Notes under the pieces: generated by a model
Database searches by the model: none
Seen by the model: the letters and a program-made list of their open reading frames with translations, nothing else
What the model was told of the DNA's origin: nothing
DNA from: Azolla caroliniana
Lineage: Eukaryota; Plantae; Polypodiophyta
Length of the DNA: 64,000 bases
Direction: 5' to 3'
Assembly (NCBI GenBank): GCA_043228905.1
Contig: JBHGNT010000005.1
Location: forward strand, 21,700,001 to 21,764,000
Part shown: positions 11,701-24,574 of the stretch, piece by piece
Layout: each line of letters starts with the position of its first letter
Numbering within the stretch: position 1 is the stretch's first letter
Position numbers and translations under genes: made by a program

Positions 11701-14700
11701 CGAGCCTTGGATATGTGACAGACTCGATTCCAATCCTTGTGATTACGAGAAGAGATTTGATGATGATGATCGCATTGCTCTGCTGTTGTAGGTTGATGAC
11801 ATGTTGGTAGTAGGCTCCAAGAAACATTGTATTAAAGACTTGAAAGCAGACTTGGCTAAGGAGTTTCAAATGAAGGAAACAAGATTCTAGGATTCAAATG
11901 TACCAAGATACAAATGATAGGAAGATCTGGCTTTCTTAGACAAACATTTGAAGAAAATCTTGCAACGTTTCAACAAACCATGCATTAATTTGGTTGAACG
12001 TTTAAGTCTATAATCCATCAAATTGTAGTTGGAAAAATGCTTTCTGGAAGCTTCTAACATGGCAGTTTGCGTTTGCATTTCTTTATTAATTCTTTGTGAC
12101 AAATAGCCACATTTATCCCAAGAATTCTGTTTTTTCATACATTTTAAACAAATGAAACACATTCTACGTCCATGCAACTTGTAAATAAATATAACATTTT
12201 TTTTAGTTATTTCATCCCCAAAAATATTGCACAGCATTGGCAACCGACTGTAAATGTATTGTACGAGGGGCCACATCCACCAACTTGTTAGTTATTCATG
12301 TATGATGTGTATTTTGCTACACATATTTATGCTGCATTAGTGCTTGGTCTTGGAGGCTGAAGCATATTTGTCAAAATGTACATGTATTTTCTAGTTGCTA
12401 ATAAACTTGGATAATGTATAGATTATTGTACTGTTTCCGATGTGTTTCTGTCATTTTTCTTTACCAGAATAATTTGGGTGAGATTTAGGAGTCATTGTAG
12501 AGATGTGAATGATATTGGAATAAGGGTGGATGCACTTTTTATAATAAAATGAATATATATGTTTTGATTGCTTTCTTCTTTTTCTTTTAGCAGACTGGCT
12601 ATGTGTCAGATTTAGGAGACATTGTAAGAGATGAAATTTATAAATTGAATAAGAAAGGGGATGACAACACATCTGAAGCGAAAATAATTCATGATACAAT
12701 GCTTTGGGATTATGAACCTTCTGCAGCATTTTCTGAGTTGGATCCAGAAGAGTATGAAAACCTTATGATATCTATGCAAGGTATTCTTTATGAGGAGATG
12801 CACATCAACCTCCAAAATAAAGGTAGCATGATCTCCTTAGATAGAGAATGAAAATTTTAATTGTCGAGAAGCTTAAATATGTTCACACCAGTATTATAGT
12901 TCTCATTAGTGCCGTGTCATTGTTGAACAATGATTTGAAATGATGATAGCCCTACCTATGATCATCATCTATTTATGATTTAATTAATTATGGTTTAGCT
13001 AATTAAAGTTTATTGAACCTTTTCTATCGAAAAAGTGGAATGTTTAGCATAATTGGTGGGCAAATGGGTATTAACTCATTAAGCAAGAACACATAGAGCT
13101 ACTCTGTATGGCTATTATTGATTGTCACATTATTATGCTTTCCGTAATCTACAAAAATACTCAATAGTGCAAGCTCATCTTGTTCAGAAACGTCTCTCTT
13201 AGAGGAGTTTGAAAGGTCATGTGAGGAGGAGGACTATGCGCTCTCAACTGTGCTGGAGCAATTGCAAAGTGGAGAGGTAAACATCCTTTGTGGTTCTGTA
13301 TATTTCCCGTGTAAATATGCTTGGTCTGACTTGAACTGTCCTTTTTGAAGTCTTGAGAAGTTTTAGTGGAGTGATGAATAATATTTTCAATGAATGTGTT
13401 TTTGAGGTCCATGAGTTGAATGAGTATCGTAAATGCTTCTTAATTTAATATTAATGGGAACAGTAAGCTCATGCTTGTTCATGTGTGTAGATCCATTAAT
13501 GCTGTGCATAAATCATAAAAACTTATGTAATAACTTTTTATATCGTAGATTTTGGATCTAGATTGATTTAAACTGGATCCATATTAATTATTGCTTCCAT
13601 TATTTACATTTTTCCTAAGATAGATTATTTGTGCATAAAGGCTAAAGCCATGAAATATACTTCAGGCTATCTTGTTCTCTTCAAAACATCATGAATGGGT
13701 ATTCTCTTCAGATAGGTTGCTAGTACTAAATATTAATTAACTTTAGTTCAACCAAGAATTTGAGTAGATGACGGTTGAATTGTACTATGATGAAGTGTTG
13801 GTGTGATCACTTTCATACTTTTTCTGGTTTCCACCATTACTTTCCAATATAGAAAGAACTAAAAGCACCAGGCTCAATTATGTCTTGAAGAAAAGTTTAT
13901 GCAGGAATGAGAGTGCACACTGCACATGGGTGCACTATGAGTTGGCTTCATGTATAAGGCTTGATGTTTTTTCTAGTCTCAATTGACAAGCCAAACACAT
14001 GCCTTGAGTTCAGAGTGATATAATGAGATGGAGAAAAATGTAGTCGTCAAACCAAAGATCCACAATAGATTTTGGTAATAAGCTGATACACAATCAAATT
14101 TAACCTGTGGGTGATATCTACCTTATAATTTTCAGATGAGGTTTATGGACAGTGAAGAAGAGTGCAGGGTTTAGCAAATGATCTTCAAGCGACATTTCTA
14201 ATAGGAAAATCTAAATTCAATTCATGGCTATAATTCACCCTTAGATGATACCATACCTTATCATTTTTGGACAAGCCTACAGGATGGGTGTGCACACTGA
14301 AGAAGAGTACAATGTGTGAAAAATTATTAATTTGGCCTCGTTAAGTTTATTAAGATTCGTCTTGAATTTCAAAAATCCTATTTGTTTCTTTAAATGTCTG
14401 TACAAATTCTCATCTTTCTGAGACCCACACTTTATCATTCCTCACAAGTAGGATTGTAATTCTGGTAATAAATAGAGAAGTCTTTCCATCCCTTGATTTA
14501 AAATTTAAAGTTCTATCAGAATTTGGGTCACTGATTCATGAATTTCATCGCGTTCTGCATACATGGCTTCCCTACAAGGCTCATGAGTTAGAGAGCCTCG
14601 CCAAATGATGGGTGGCTTAACAATTTAGTTAAATTCAAGAAATGCAAGAAAATTCACAAGCTGCCCTAAGTTGTTCGTGAAGACCTATGCTTTGCAGAAA

Positions 14701-16225
14701 TTGATAAACACTTTGGAGACAACTCACGCCCCTAAACATAGAGAGAGAAAGAAAACGACTCCCTAAAAAAAGAACCAATTCCTTTGTTCTTGGATTCCTT
14801 CAAACCTAAGGTTAGAGGCGAATGTTGTGTTTTCATGTAGTTCAGAGTCCAAAGTGTGTAAACCAGGAAAAGATCAGTAATATCAAGTAACAAAAAGATT
14901 GAACTCCTCATGTTCTCAACCAAGTCCAATGACCTTATCACTAGTCTAATATCTTGGAAGTGTTACACTTTTTAAAGTGTGTTGTAGATTTCAGGTACTA
15001 AAGGTGAAAACTTGACTTCGAATAGCAAAAAATATTGAATTTACAGCCAACCCAAACACAGCCCATATCCAGAACCATAAAACGTTTTTAAGTCTTTGTA
15101 TTCTAGTTTTTGATCTTCCCTATGCTTTTGGGTAGGGTAGTATTATACATTTTTAACTCGTTGTATTGGCATATTAAATGCCTCTGTATGGATGTCATGT
15201 ATTGGTCATGCATTTCCAAATTTGAAATAGTGGTATTCGAGGATGAGAACCGGTCAATTTTCCGACGAAAACATGAATAAAGTTTTTGTTTTTTCATCCT
15301 CTCTTCCTTTGGATTTTATGGTCTTTTGCACAAGGAACCCACATTCATATCTACACATGTCAAGAATCTTCATGTCAATGGTAGATACGGTAGCTTAATC
15401 AGTATCGTCTTGTTAACTTTAGTCCAAGAATGGCCAAATAGCCCCTTAAAAATTGTGTTCAACACGATGTATTCTCACAATCTAGTTTTGCCCTACATCT
15501 TTAGTATATATAATACTTGAATCTACGTTATTATATCCAAGTCTAGTGCTTTTGACACCTCAAGGTTGTTGGAGCCTGAAAGGTTTAAAGCTGGAAATGA
15601 ATAATGAAGAAGAAATCCGGGGAAAAAAAGAAATCAAGGAAGATGAAAAGAAACAGGGGCTGAGGAAAAGGAAATCAATAATACACGAAAATTGATCTAA
15701 TACATAGTACTACTGAATGGAGTATTGAAAATTATTTTCAAACCATTATGGTGGAGATTTGCTTTATCTTTACTGATGGTAAGTTGAATGTGTCGAAGGA
15801 TGGAGTTTTTTGTCCGATTTGCAAAACTGGGAAACTTCAACAAGCTCATCATTTAATATACTGTGAATATGGGCATCTTCGACTCAATGTGCAGCATGAG
15901 AAGGTGATAATTTTTACCTAAAATATATGTATTATTTAATTCTATTTCATTTTTATTTGTTGATGTGTAGCATATCATTCCGTAGGCTCAGCCTTTGCTT
16001 GTGAGTGAGGCCTCTTAGTACATATGGCTGTAGCATCCAAATATAACTTGTCTCTCCAAACAGGTGAATTTAGAGTTTCTCCGGAAAAGACTAGAAGAGT
16101 TGTTGCAGCAACACTTCGATTTGGGTTGCAAATGCCAGCCTATATTTTGTACAGATAACAGATTCTCTATTACAGCTTTGTATATGCAATGCAGTTCATG
16201 TGAGACCTTTGAATTAGTCATATAA
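8752..16225 (+). CDS. RPAIN: RPA-interacting protein (RIP/RPAIN family), 6 coding exons: 8752-8817, 9128-9214, 12591-12822, 13188-13276, 15799-15903, 16064-16225
   Basis: Spliced frame is phase-consistent with GT-AG introns. N-terminus WKQK|LRESCLERVKNDRNQLLWKIR, acidic middle LWDYE...EEYENLMISMQGILYEE, C-terminal zinc finger FCPICKTGKL...HFDLGCKCQP...ALYMQCSSCETFELVI*. Confidence 0.9.
9940..10690 (-). mobile_element. Copia (Tork-like) 5' half in RIP intron 2: decayed PBS, gag and possible protease relic
   Basis: GCTCTGATAC at ~10669 is the reverse complement of a decayed tRNA-iMet PBS. gag start MASKYKFEIFKRNNFTLW at 10595; MDGNVIADSHLALANGVLSSV. Confidence 0.7.
10715..11980 (+). mobile_element. 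Copia 3' half in RIP intron 2: integrase C-terminus and RT relic
   Basis: EMWTSKPTDY...SKLDPNSK...KVVISRDV, then RT motifs GIDINEIFSP and NGELEEEVYMLQP...KSLYGLK, and VDDMLV. Confidence 0.8.
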
Positions 16226-17130
16226 TCCCCCGGCTGACATCTAAGTTTTGCGAAACAACCTTGTTTTTGAGGTCCAAAATGAGCGATATTGGAGTTAAAT
16301 TTTTGCCATATTGTCATTCATACCATTCATAGAGATATTAATCATACACCTATGGCTGGTGAAAGAGCGAGCTTATTCAATAAGATAAATAGTAGAGTTC
16401 AATTTTTTGATTCTTTGTAAAGAATGTTCTTTAAGATCACTAATGCAATCAATTTTGTTTTGGAGAATGTCATGGAACAATAAGCTTGGCTTGAATAATG
16501 TGTTTTTGAGTTGCAAAAGCAAATATAAAATCTTATGTGAAATGGTTATCATCATCTGATTCCTAGAGTCTTATTGTGTGTGCAGCTAAACCTCTACTTT
16601 GTTGAAACATCAATATTTTTACAGGGATGCAATATAAACGTGATTGGTCTTTTGCTTTATCTTAATGAGATATTTTGATTGAATTTGTTTACTTAAATTC
16701 ATAGGAATCCTACATTTTTTATGCACTCATATTTTGTTCAATAAAGTATCTGCTATTGCTCCAATGATTAATCATTTCATTGATTAGTAATGTGTTGCGT
16801 AGCTTTTGGTGACTGGATCTTGATTAGTAAGCAACAAGAAATCAAATTGATTATTGGATGTTGCTTGATTGATGAGCATTACTAATTGCAGTGAACCAAT
16901 TAGACAATAATGAGGGGAAAATTTTAGTGAAACATTTCAACAAGCTATTTTTATGACCTTTATTAAACATGCATTTTTTTCGATAAATTACATTTTCTAG
17001 AAGGATGGAGCCTCAAATCTAGTGTAAATTAGAGGTCCAAAGGGTTATATTGTTTCCAAGTTTGATTCTTGCAATCAAACTCTTGTGCCTAAAACCCATC
17101 TCTTGACATAATTTATTATATTGTATACAC

Positions 17131-17340
17131 TTTCAAGTTCCTAGCTCTAGTGATCTTGGATAGTCAACCACCTCCGATTCTCATATCATAGTATTGGCTA
17201 TGCCATCTATCAATGATAGCAAGGAATTTGTGATTTCAAGTTCCTAGCTTAATTGAATCTTGTATAGTCAACAACCTCCAATTCTCATATCCTAGTATTG
17301 GGTACACCATCTAACAATGTCAACGGGGAATTGTGGTTTC
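17131..17340. repeat. Diverged tandem duplication, ~103 bp x2
   Basis: TTTCAAGTTCCTAGCT...ACCTCC.ATTCTCATATC.TAGTATTGG...GGAATT repeated at 17131 and 17234. Confidence 0.8.
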
Positions 17341-19062
17341 TACAACAAGCATATTTTTGTCTCACATCGTTATAACATTATTCGACAAGGATTTAACAAA
17401 AATTTGTTGTCTACTTCTAAAGTAATTAGGAAAATCATCATTTTCGATCACTTGAAACAATCTTTCATTCAAATGGTTTGAATGCCTACAACATTCACAA
17501 TAAATTACTTGAAAAAGCAATGTCACCCTAATGTGATTTGATGGTTTTGACTTCTTTTAATCTTTAATATTGGTAAAACATCAGCATGTATGCACACATA
17601 CGAGTCCTTGCAATACATTCATCTAAACATACAAAAATGCATAAATGAAAGTGGCCATCTATTTATATATATATAGATATGGGTGTGGGGCCTGGGTTTG
17701 AAGATATTGTAATACATATTTCTATTTAAGATGGAGGGCATTTTATAGTTGTATCATAAAGATTATGATCATGGGAAAAAAGTATACCACTAATGTCAAT
17801 TGCTAGACAATTGGCTTTGCATCACAAAACCTCTTTTTACAACGTATTTTTGTTAATAGCCTAGTTTTGTGCGTGAGAAGGCAAGCATAACACTTTCTCA
17901 AATTACATAAGTGCATGTTCTACATCCAAGATCGACCAAATGTGAATGTGCTTCATACATAAGGCGAGGATTGTTGTGGTAAACGATGAAACCAACCCAA
18001 CATTCAATGTTGTTAAACCCATTAGTGCTCAATGTTTGGGTCTAGAACAAGTGAGAGTGAGCAATCTCATTATTAATGCAAGACGGATGAGCTCTCGGAC
18101 ACCTCGACACCTGCTAGCGAAGCCAACCAACAAGGGCGGATGTTTAAACCCCGGACACGCTGGTGCCCAACCAAGAGCGAGTGAAGAGCGGACATCTGGA
18201 TCCACGTCCGTGTCCGCCTTCCGGATAATGGTGAATAAGCACAAACGCTCGATGCCTAATGATGCCTCGGCAAATGGCGTCGTAAAGTTGTGCTAGAACC
18301 CTAATCTAGCCTACCACCAAAAAACCCTATAGCCTACCACTAAAACCTCCTACTAATGGGGGGCTAGATAAAGAAAAACAATGAACAAAAAATGGGGCCT
18401 TTGCAGATTAATTGTTGGTTTGGGTGAAAAGTCACATAACCGCCTCCCCTGTTTTTCTTTTTCTGGTTTTTTTCTCATTGATTTCTCTTTTTCAGCAGAA
18501 CATTATTTCTTCAGCAAATAGTGTGTCATATGGCAATGAAACGCCACCATTTCATACAACACAATTCATTTTTTACCTCCAATCCAATCCAATTCTTCCT
18601 CTCTGTCTCTGTCTCTGCCTCTCTGTGTCTAACCTGCATGGAGTCCCCATCTTGCTTCTTCTTTGCCATGGATCTATCTCTGTGAATCCATCATTCAACC
18701 CTATCTTATCTCTGCACACGTACATATAATAATCAATTAGGGAACGAAAAGAAGCACCCAATAGAAACCCTAAGCCTTGTACTTGAATACAAATCATATC
18801 ATATACATAGATAGGTGTATATATGCATTGATAGATACATAAATAGACAGGTAGAAACACAGACAGACAGACAAACAGACGGAGATGGCAGACATTGCAG
18901 GGCAACTTTTTGCTTTTGAGTATTGTAATGCAAAGCTGAAAGGGAGGCCCACCATGAAGAAGACAAAGCAATCCCTCTCCTGCTTTGATCAGACCCTCCC
19001 TGTGGCAGTAAGGATTCCTTTCTCTTCCAATCTCTGCCATTATGATTCGAATCAATCTTAAA

Positions 19063-19498
19063 CATGGATTAGGGGTTCCTTAATCATGGATTAGTGGGTT
19101 CTTAATCATTGGTTAGTATGGGCCCTTTAGCATTGGTTAGTGGATTCTTAATCATTGGTTAGTGTGGGCCCTTTTAACATTGGTTAGTGGGTTCTTAATT
19201 ATGGATTAGCGGGTTCTTAATCGTGGATTAGTGGGTTCTTAATCATTGGTTAGTGTGGGCCTTCAGCATTGGTTAGTGGGTTCTTAATCATTGGTTAGTG
19301 TGGGCCCTTTAGCATTGGTTAGTGGGTTCTTAATCATGGATTAGCGGGTTCTTAATTGTGGATTAGTGGGTTCTTAATCATTGGTTAGTGTGGGCCTTCA
19401 GCATTGGTTAGTGTGTGCTTCATCATGGATTAATGGGTTCTTAATCATTAGTTAATGTGGCCCCTTTAGCATTGATTAATGTCGTAACCATTGATTAG
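19063..19498. repeat. Minisatellite, ~20 units of 22-25 bp with a 6-unit (~136 bp) higher-order repeat
   Basis: Units begin CATTGGTTAG or CATGGATTAG; higher-order blocks start at 19063, 19200 and 19335. Confidence 0.92.
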
Positions 19499-19702
19499 AT
19501 TATTGAGTTCTTAACGGGTTCCTTCTATCGAGGCTCATAATGTCCCGCTAGCACTCGTCCCACGCACGGGTGTTAATCCATTCGGAATAAAGTGTCCAAA
19601 TTTGATCTACATGGCAACACATTCGGATAATGTCTCGTAATTTGATCTACATGGATTGTGGTGTCAATGATTAGCGGCTTCATAACGATTGATTAATTGC
19701 AC

Positions 19703-19903
19703 ATGCATCGTTGTTCTTCATCATTGATTGATCTATTAGTGAGTGAGTGAGCCAGTGAGTGAGTGTACTTTGTTGCTCTAAAGAATTGATTAACAAACTC
19801 TTGTTCTTGTTTGATAAAAGTTGTCTCGAAGAGCAGGTCGCCATGAAGTGTGTCGCCTCAAAGACAAGGAGTTGCCATACTACTCGTCCAATGGAGAACT
19901 CAG
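19703..19903 (+). CDS. Putative first two coding exons of PACRG (19703-19738, 19821-19903)
   Basis: ATG at 19703, donor GTGAGT 19739, acceptor AAG 19820, donor GTGTGA 19904. Phases join in frame to the exon at 20509 (MHRCSSSLIDLL|LSRRAGRHEVC...NGELR|HRIPKK). No homology support for this part. Confidence 0.4.
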
Positions 19904-20508
19904 GTGTGAAACCAAAAGATCTTGTGTGTATGTTTGTGTGTGTTTCTTGATTACCAAAACTACCCCCACCCTTCACTTAAAATAATTTTCGTGACACACG
20001 TACCCCCTCTACCTTCTGTGCCTTTTGGTGGAACCTTTAGTTAAGGGCACTCGGGCAAAGAGTAATTGTTTTGGTAATTCGTGAAACATTCGGGTGCTAG
20101 GTAATTTTAGGAAATTTCGTGAAACTTTTGTTGGTTTTATAGGTGTTAGGGCTATTTCTTTTGGAAAATCTATTGTTTTTTCACTAGTGATCTCTTGATT
20201 ATGTTGTGTGAACATGTTTGCACTTTTTTAAACAAAATGGTGATCCTAGAGTTGTTTCCAATGCTCCCAACCAATCATTGGGGTGTGGACAACATTGGTG
20301 CCTCTCAGAGACCTAAAAATGGTCAAGGATAGTTTTATCAGGATTTTTTGAAACTATGAGGGCAAATTTGAGTAAATTTCCCTTAAATTAAATGGACAAG
20401 TCTCTTTTATGATTTAAAAACCTGACATTCTCCAATGGTAAAATATATGGAATATCAACACCCCCACCCCAACATTTGTAACCATGAATGTTGTGTTTTC
20501 TTCCAAAG

Positions 20509-21654
20509 GCATCGCATTCCAAAGAAAATGCCCTCGGATTACACGCGAAAAGGAGATGGTGAGAAGATAAAGAGAGGGGAACTCCATAAAGAAGTCCCCA
20601 AGGCTGAACCACCAGTCGCCGGAGCCTTCAAATTGCGTGACAATCCTCCAAATACCTTGGTAATATTCTTAATCTCCTTGCTTAGACCTACACCATTTGA
20701 ATGATTGGTTTTGTGAATTAAAAACACATTTGTAAAGAACTAATTGTACATTTACATTACCAAGTCAAACTTCTTATTAGCAAATTTAATGAAAGGGTTT
20801 TTACTTTTATGATTTGATCTTCATGGTTATGATACCAGTTTCGGAAACTTTATGAAAGAGGGGACTTGCCATTACAAATCCTACATAGTAGCTCAAAGAA
20901 TTCTCTTCTATGGAAAGTGGACATAAGAAAGCTCGATTATCACCACTATTTGCCCATTTTCTTTGATGGGATAAGAGAGAAGGAAGAACCCTTCCGATTT
21001 ATCGCTGTGAAAGGTGTCGAGGACCTTCTCAAGGTTGGTACTAATATGTAATCTTAATGTAGAAATCCTTTTTGACTATATAAGGTTCGTGTTGGTGACA
21101 TGCTTCTAAATATAATGTTAGATTGTCAATTCTTTTCTAGTTATTTGATTGCCAAATTGCAGTAGTAATAACAATACCAAAATATATGTTGTTGCATGTA
21201 GGGTGGTCAAGGGAAGATATTGCCCGTCATACCACAATTGATCATACCGATTAAGACCGCACTCAATACAAGAGACCCTGGTGTCATGAACATAGCACTC
21301 CAGGTACCAATATCAAGATTATGTTTGGTGTGTATGTGTGTATGCTTGTCTAAAATATTTGATAGTTATGAGTGCTTTATCGTTTTATAGCTCATGTGCA
21401 AGTTGGTGGAGTCTGAGGAAATGATCGGTCAATCCTTAGTGCCTTACTATAGGCAATTGCTTCCAATCTTGAACATATTTAAGAATAACATACCCAACAT
21501 GGGAGACAACATAGATTATGCTCAACAAAAGCATGGGTGCACCGGAGAACTCGTGGACAAGGTTCTCGAGCTTTTTGAATCACATGGAGGTGAAGATGCA
21601 TTCATAAATATCAAGTATATGGTGCCCACTTATGAATCATGTGTGACACACTAG
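20509..21654 (+). CDS. PACRG: Parkin co-regulated gene protein (axonemal inner-junction protein); exons 20509-20659, 20839-21033, 21202-21303, 21391-21654
   Basis: Spliced translation PPVAGAFK...[11 protein letters not shown]...[23 protein letters not shown]...[21 protein letters not shown]...[17 protein letters not shown]...[10 protein letters not shown]...[19 protein letters not shown] carries the PACRG hallmark motifs. An alternative start is the ATG at 20528. Confidence 0.96.
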
Positions 21655-24048
21655 GCACAAGCTACTTAGTTCGCAGTGACTATTTGTATGAATCATGTTG
21701 CATCGTATGTTGAATCAATTCATCAAACCTCCTAGCTCTAATTAATGATTTCTGAGGATATCAAGAATGTAAAAAAAAAACTTTATCTTTTTCTAATGGA
21801 TCCAACAATCCACATTGCATACAACAAACTTTGAACCACAAGGCAATACGTTTGTGACAAATGTGTGCATTTTCGATTGAAAGTAATAGTTCGCGTCCTC
21901 GTTATTTTATTGTTAATATACCATGCGTGAGAGATAAATCAATTTCAATTGAAAGTGTAGTTCACATCCCCATTATGTAATCGCTAATGATCATTAGAAA
22001 GCTCCAAAATGAATTATCATGAGTGCGTCTAGTGCCTTTAAACCTCCATCGTTTTGTCTTACTCATAAGTAAAACTTCATGCGATCAAACCATGCTAGGG
22101 CTCACAAAAATAATGTGAATTTTAGAAATGATTGGTTTTAGAGGTTGCCTTACTTCATAAAGGAAGGAAATATTTAGGGATATACCTACGGTGGGCATCC
22201 TCAGTAAATGATGAGTTGCATTGTGAGGTTTTAGATATTTACAATAGATACTATTGTGTATGTTAGAAATGACCATTACAAACTTTTGTAATGTATTGTT
22301 TATACGTCATATTTGTACTCAAGTATAGGATTGAAAAGTTGTGTTCCTAATCCTTAGTAAATGGAACATCATTCTAAATCTAAGATCATTCGAAACCTCC
22401 AACTAAATATTGATTGCTTGGTCTAAGATCTAGCAATGAATACATGCTTGGCAATATTCTCTCTTGTTGGAACGGATGTTTTGCACAAACATTGGAGTAT
22501 GATGCCAATCTTTAAGTTACTATAATGGTAGATCTTTTGAATTCTTTTATAACGTGGATATAATCCAATATATAATTCGAATCAAGATCAACAATATATG
22601 TTTAGCTCTTGATTTATATTTTCAATATTGTAAACCTAAACGTAAAATGTTTTTTAATTATTGGGCAAGTTCAGATGTTTCGTTTCATACACATTTGTTG
22701 GGTTTCCCATATCATTGTGTCGGATGGATAATCCGAAACCAAGAAATGTAAACCTCAATAGTCCATGACATGTGGATTAGGCTTAACTTCATACACTTGA
22801 GGAATGATGTGTAGTGCACATAAGCTAATATGGATAGACACTCAAAGTGTCAATTTATTATTCCATGTTGTTAGTTGTGAATGTACTTGTTGTATAAGTA
22901 CACCTTCAATGCATAATGAGATCATGTGCACAAATACATCAAAACAATCAAGAAGCAATAAATTAGTCGAATAGTACAATCATGTAGGCAACAAGATTGC
23001 TCTATTATAGATTTAAAGTCGAGCAAACAAAGCAAACCTAGTGACATGTATGCAGTTTACATAGCAATGATTGGAATCAAACTCTAGTGTGAAGGTTGTG
23101 TATCAAAGGGGGAACTTTTTTATGATCTTCGAGAGGTAAACTTTAGTGAGCATTATTTGTATGTTACTTGTCCCAAGTGTCCAAATTGTAATGGTTCAAA
23201 CAAGGCCTTACAAAATAATAATATGAGGGCTTTAAAAAAGACCAATTATTAATAAGAGAGTTATATAAAATTATTAAACACCATAACAAAATAAGGAAAA
23301 TATCACAAATGTAAACCAAGTAGAATGGCATTGCTTATATACCTATACAAGTGCTATACAAGTAAATGGCAACAAGATTATATTGTGAGCAATGAGCTTT
23401 GACATCAGACATTACATGTATCATCTTGTACGAGTTGTTTTTACTACAAATCTTATACGTTGCATTCGTCTCGAATAATTTATCTAGTATTGTTGTAGTT
23501 TGCCTACACACACCCCTAGTATCTTTACTTGCTCATGCATTCCTCTCCAAACAAAGGGTCTCGATGCATCTCACAAAGTTGGTTGAACATGTGGGCCATA
23601 CGACAAGCAATCATTGTGGTGACATGCATGCAATGACCATGTGCCTTGCAAACATGAGATCAAGGAAGTAAATATGTGTGTGGTGCATACTATTACGGAT
23701 ATCCCAATTACCAGTTTTAACATTACTCCTTATAGGCACGAATAATGATAGATGGGTCGTTCGTGGTCATGCATGTGTCGTTGAGACATGCGCCTCCATT
23801 GTCATGGTCCATGGGATCTTAGATGGGGCCATGAATAACTATAGATGGGTGGTTCGTTGATGGGTCTTAGATGGCCAATAATGGATGGGTGGTACACACG
23901 GGGTGTCACTCATATCATATCTATGTTTCTCCGGCCACCCCCAAAACGAGAGAGAACTAAATGGTAAAAGCTCATTGAAGAGTTCGACAAATTGTGCGCA
24001 AAGTTGCTCGCTAAATGAACCGACATATGTGCGGGTGGTCACCGAGAT

Positions 24049-24330
24049 GTGTGTGTATGTATATGATATGTATGTGTACAGTGTATGGATGGATGGATGA
24101 TATGTATGTATGTATGTATGCATGCATGTATGTGTGTGTGTATGTGAGTATGTATGTTGTATGCATATGAATGGATGTATGTAATGTATGTATGTTGTAT
24201 CAGTATGCATATGAATGGATGTATGATATGTATGTATGTATGTAATGTTTTCTTATATAAAGCTTCAAAGACATGGTACAGAGAGGTCATGATGATTGTG
24301 GAGAGTGTGTGTAAGAAGAAGAAGAAGAAG
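24049..24330. repeat. Imperfect (TATG)n/(TG)n microsatellite followed by (AAG)n
   Basis: Direct reading of the sequence. Confidence 0.85.
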
Positions 24331-24574
24331 GAGAAGGAGTGGGGGAAATGCAGCATTAATGCTGGAGCTCAGACAAAACAAAACAAAAATAATGCGTTAT
24401 AATTTAGGGTTTCTCAAAACCCTGCTCTCTGTAAAACCCCTCTTGTATTTATTTATTTACTATGCTCTTCCACCCTTCATCCTCGGACTATAAAACCCAT
24501 TTTTTTCCTTCTTCTTTTTGTTTTGCTCTTAACCTCTCCATGATCACTAATTACCCACTACCCCAAACAATTAA

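Noticed and set aside
18412-19065. Overlapping ORFs of 88-160 aa
   Set aside because: Low-complexity and microsatellite-derived, with no recognisable domain or splice model.
19063-19498. CRISPR-like array
   Set aside because: There are no unique spacers (variable parts recur in a fixed higher-order pattern), no cas genes, and the context is eukaryotic.
22000-23400. Possible DNA-transposase relic
   Set aside because: AT-rich with scattered Cys motifs, but no convincing CACTA, MULE or hAT motif.
23839-24402. His/Thr/Tyr- and Val/Cys/Met-rich ORFs
   Set aside because: They are translations of (TATG)n/(TG)n microsatellites.
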